Part shown: one piece after another, positions 63,845 through 64,000 of the stretch | Layout of the letters: every line of letters begins with the position of its first letter | How positions within the stretch are numbered: the first letter of the stretch is position 1 | Origin: Epithemia pelagica | Taxonomy: Eukaryota > Protista > Bacillariophyta | DNA: 64,000 nucleotides | Reading direction: 5' to 3' | Assembly (NCBI GenBank): GCA_946965045.2 | Contig: OX337234.1 | Location: forward strand, 496,001 to 560,000 | Notes under the pieces: model-generated | Told to the model about the DNA's origin: nothing | Database searches by the model: none | Seen by the model: only the letters and a program-made list of their open reading frames with translations | Made by a program: the position numbers and the translations under genes

Positions 63845-64000
63845 CAAATGAATCCGGTCAAAGACACTGGCCAAAAAAAGGTGGGATTGCCCGAATGCGC
63901 GGCACTGCCCAAATGCGGCGCAAAGCAATACAAGGGCTTTTTGGGAACGCGGGGGACCATGGTGGGATGGTGTGCTGTGGTTCCACTTGCACCACTGCTG
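63845..64000 (-). pseudogene. Diverged duplicate of an internal sppA segment (matches from ~20689), running off the window
   Basis: CAAATGAATCCGGTCAAAGACACTGGCC...CACCACTGCTG is near-identical to ~20689-20845. Confidence 0.85.

Overview
This is eukaryotic nuclear DNA, most likely from a diatom (inferred from short GTACG..AG introns, a CoDi-like copia fragment and gene style). The first ~30.5 kb holds host genes: an HMG-box protein, a 5-exon patatin/SDP1-type lipase, an SppA protease, a PPR-like gene and a TPR-like gene. It also holds two Harbinger-like MITEs and a hAT transposase paired tail-to-tail with an endonuclease III-like (HhH-GPD) glycosylase gene. A second PPR copy stops at ~30573 and resumes almost at the same codon at ~62188. 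The ~31.6 kb between the halves is a patchwork of GC-rich bacterial gene fragments (RraA-like, IS91, LLM oxidoreductase, methylmalonyl-CoA mutase, a NicX-like/tctBAC segment, GATase, EamA, DUF1624, topA, Amt) mixed with eukaryotic pieces. Two eukaryote-type transposons sit precisely inside bacterial genes. A complete split-direct-repeat tyrosine-recombinase retrotransposon (40605-50282) interrupts the NicX-like gene through a single shared G. A complete hAT element (52977-55983) interrupts tctC with an 8-bp target-site duplication. Removing either element restores the bacterial reading frame. This is strong sequence-internal evidence that the bacterial DNA was really integrated into, and is decaying in, the host genome rather than being simple assembly contamination; long-read or PCR confirmation is still needed. 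All family assignments come from motif recognition by eye; no database searches were run.
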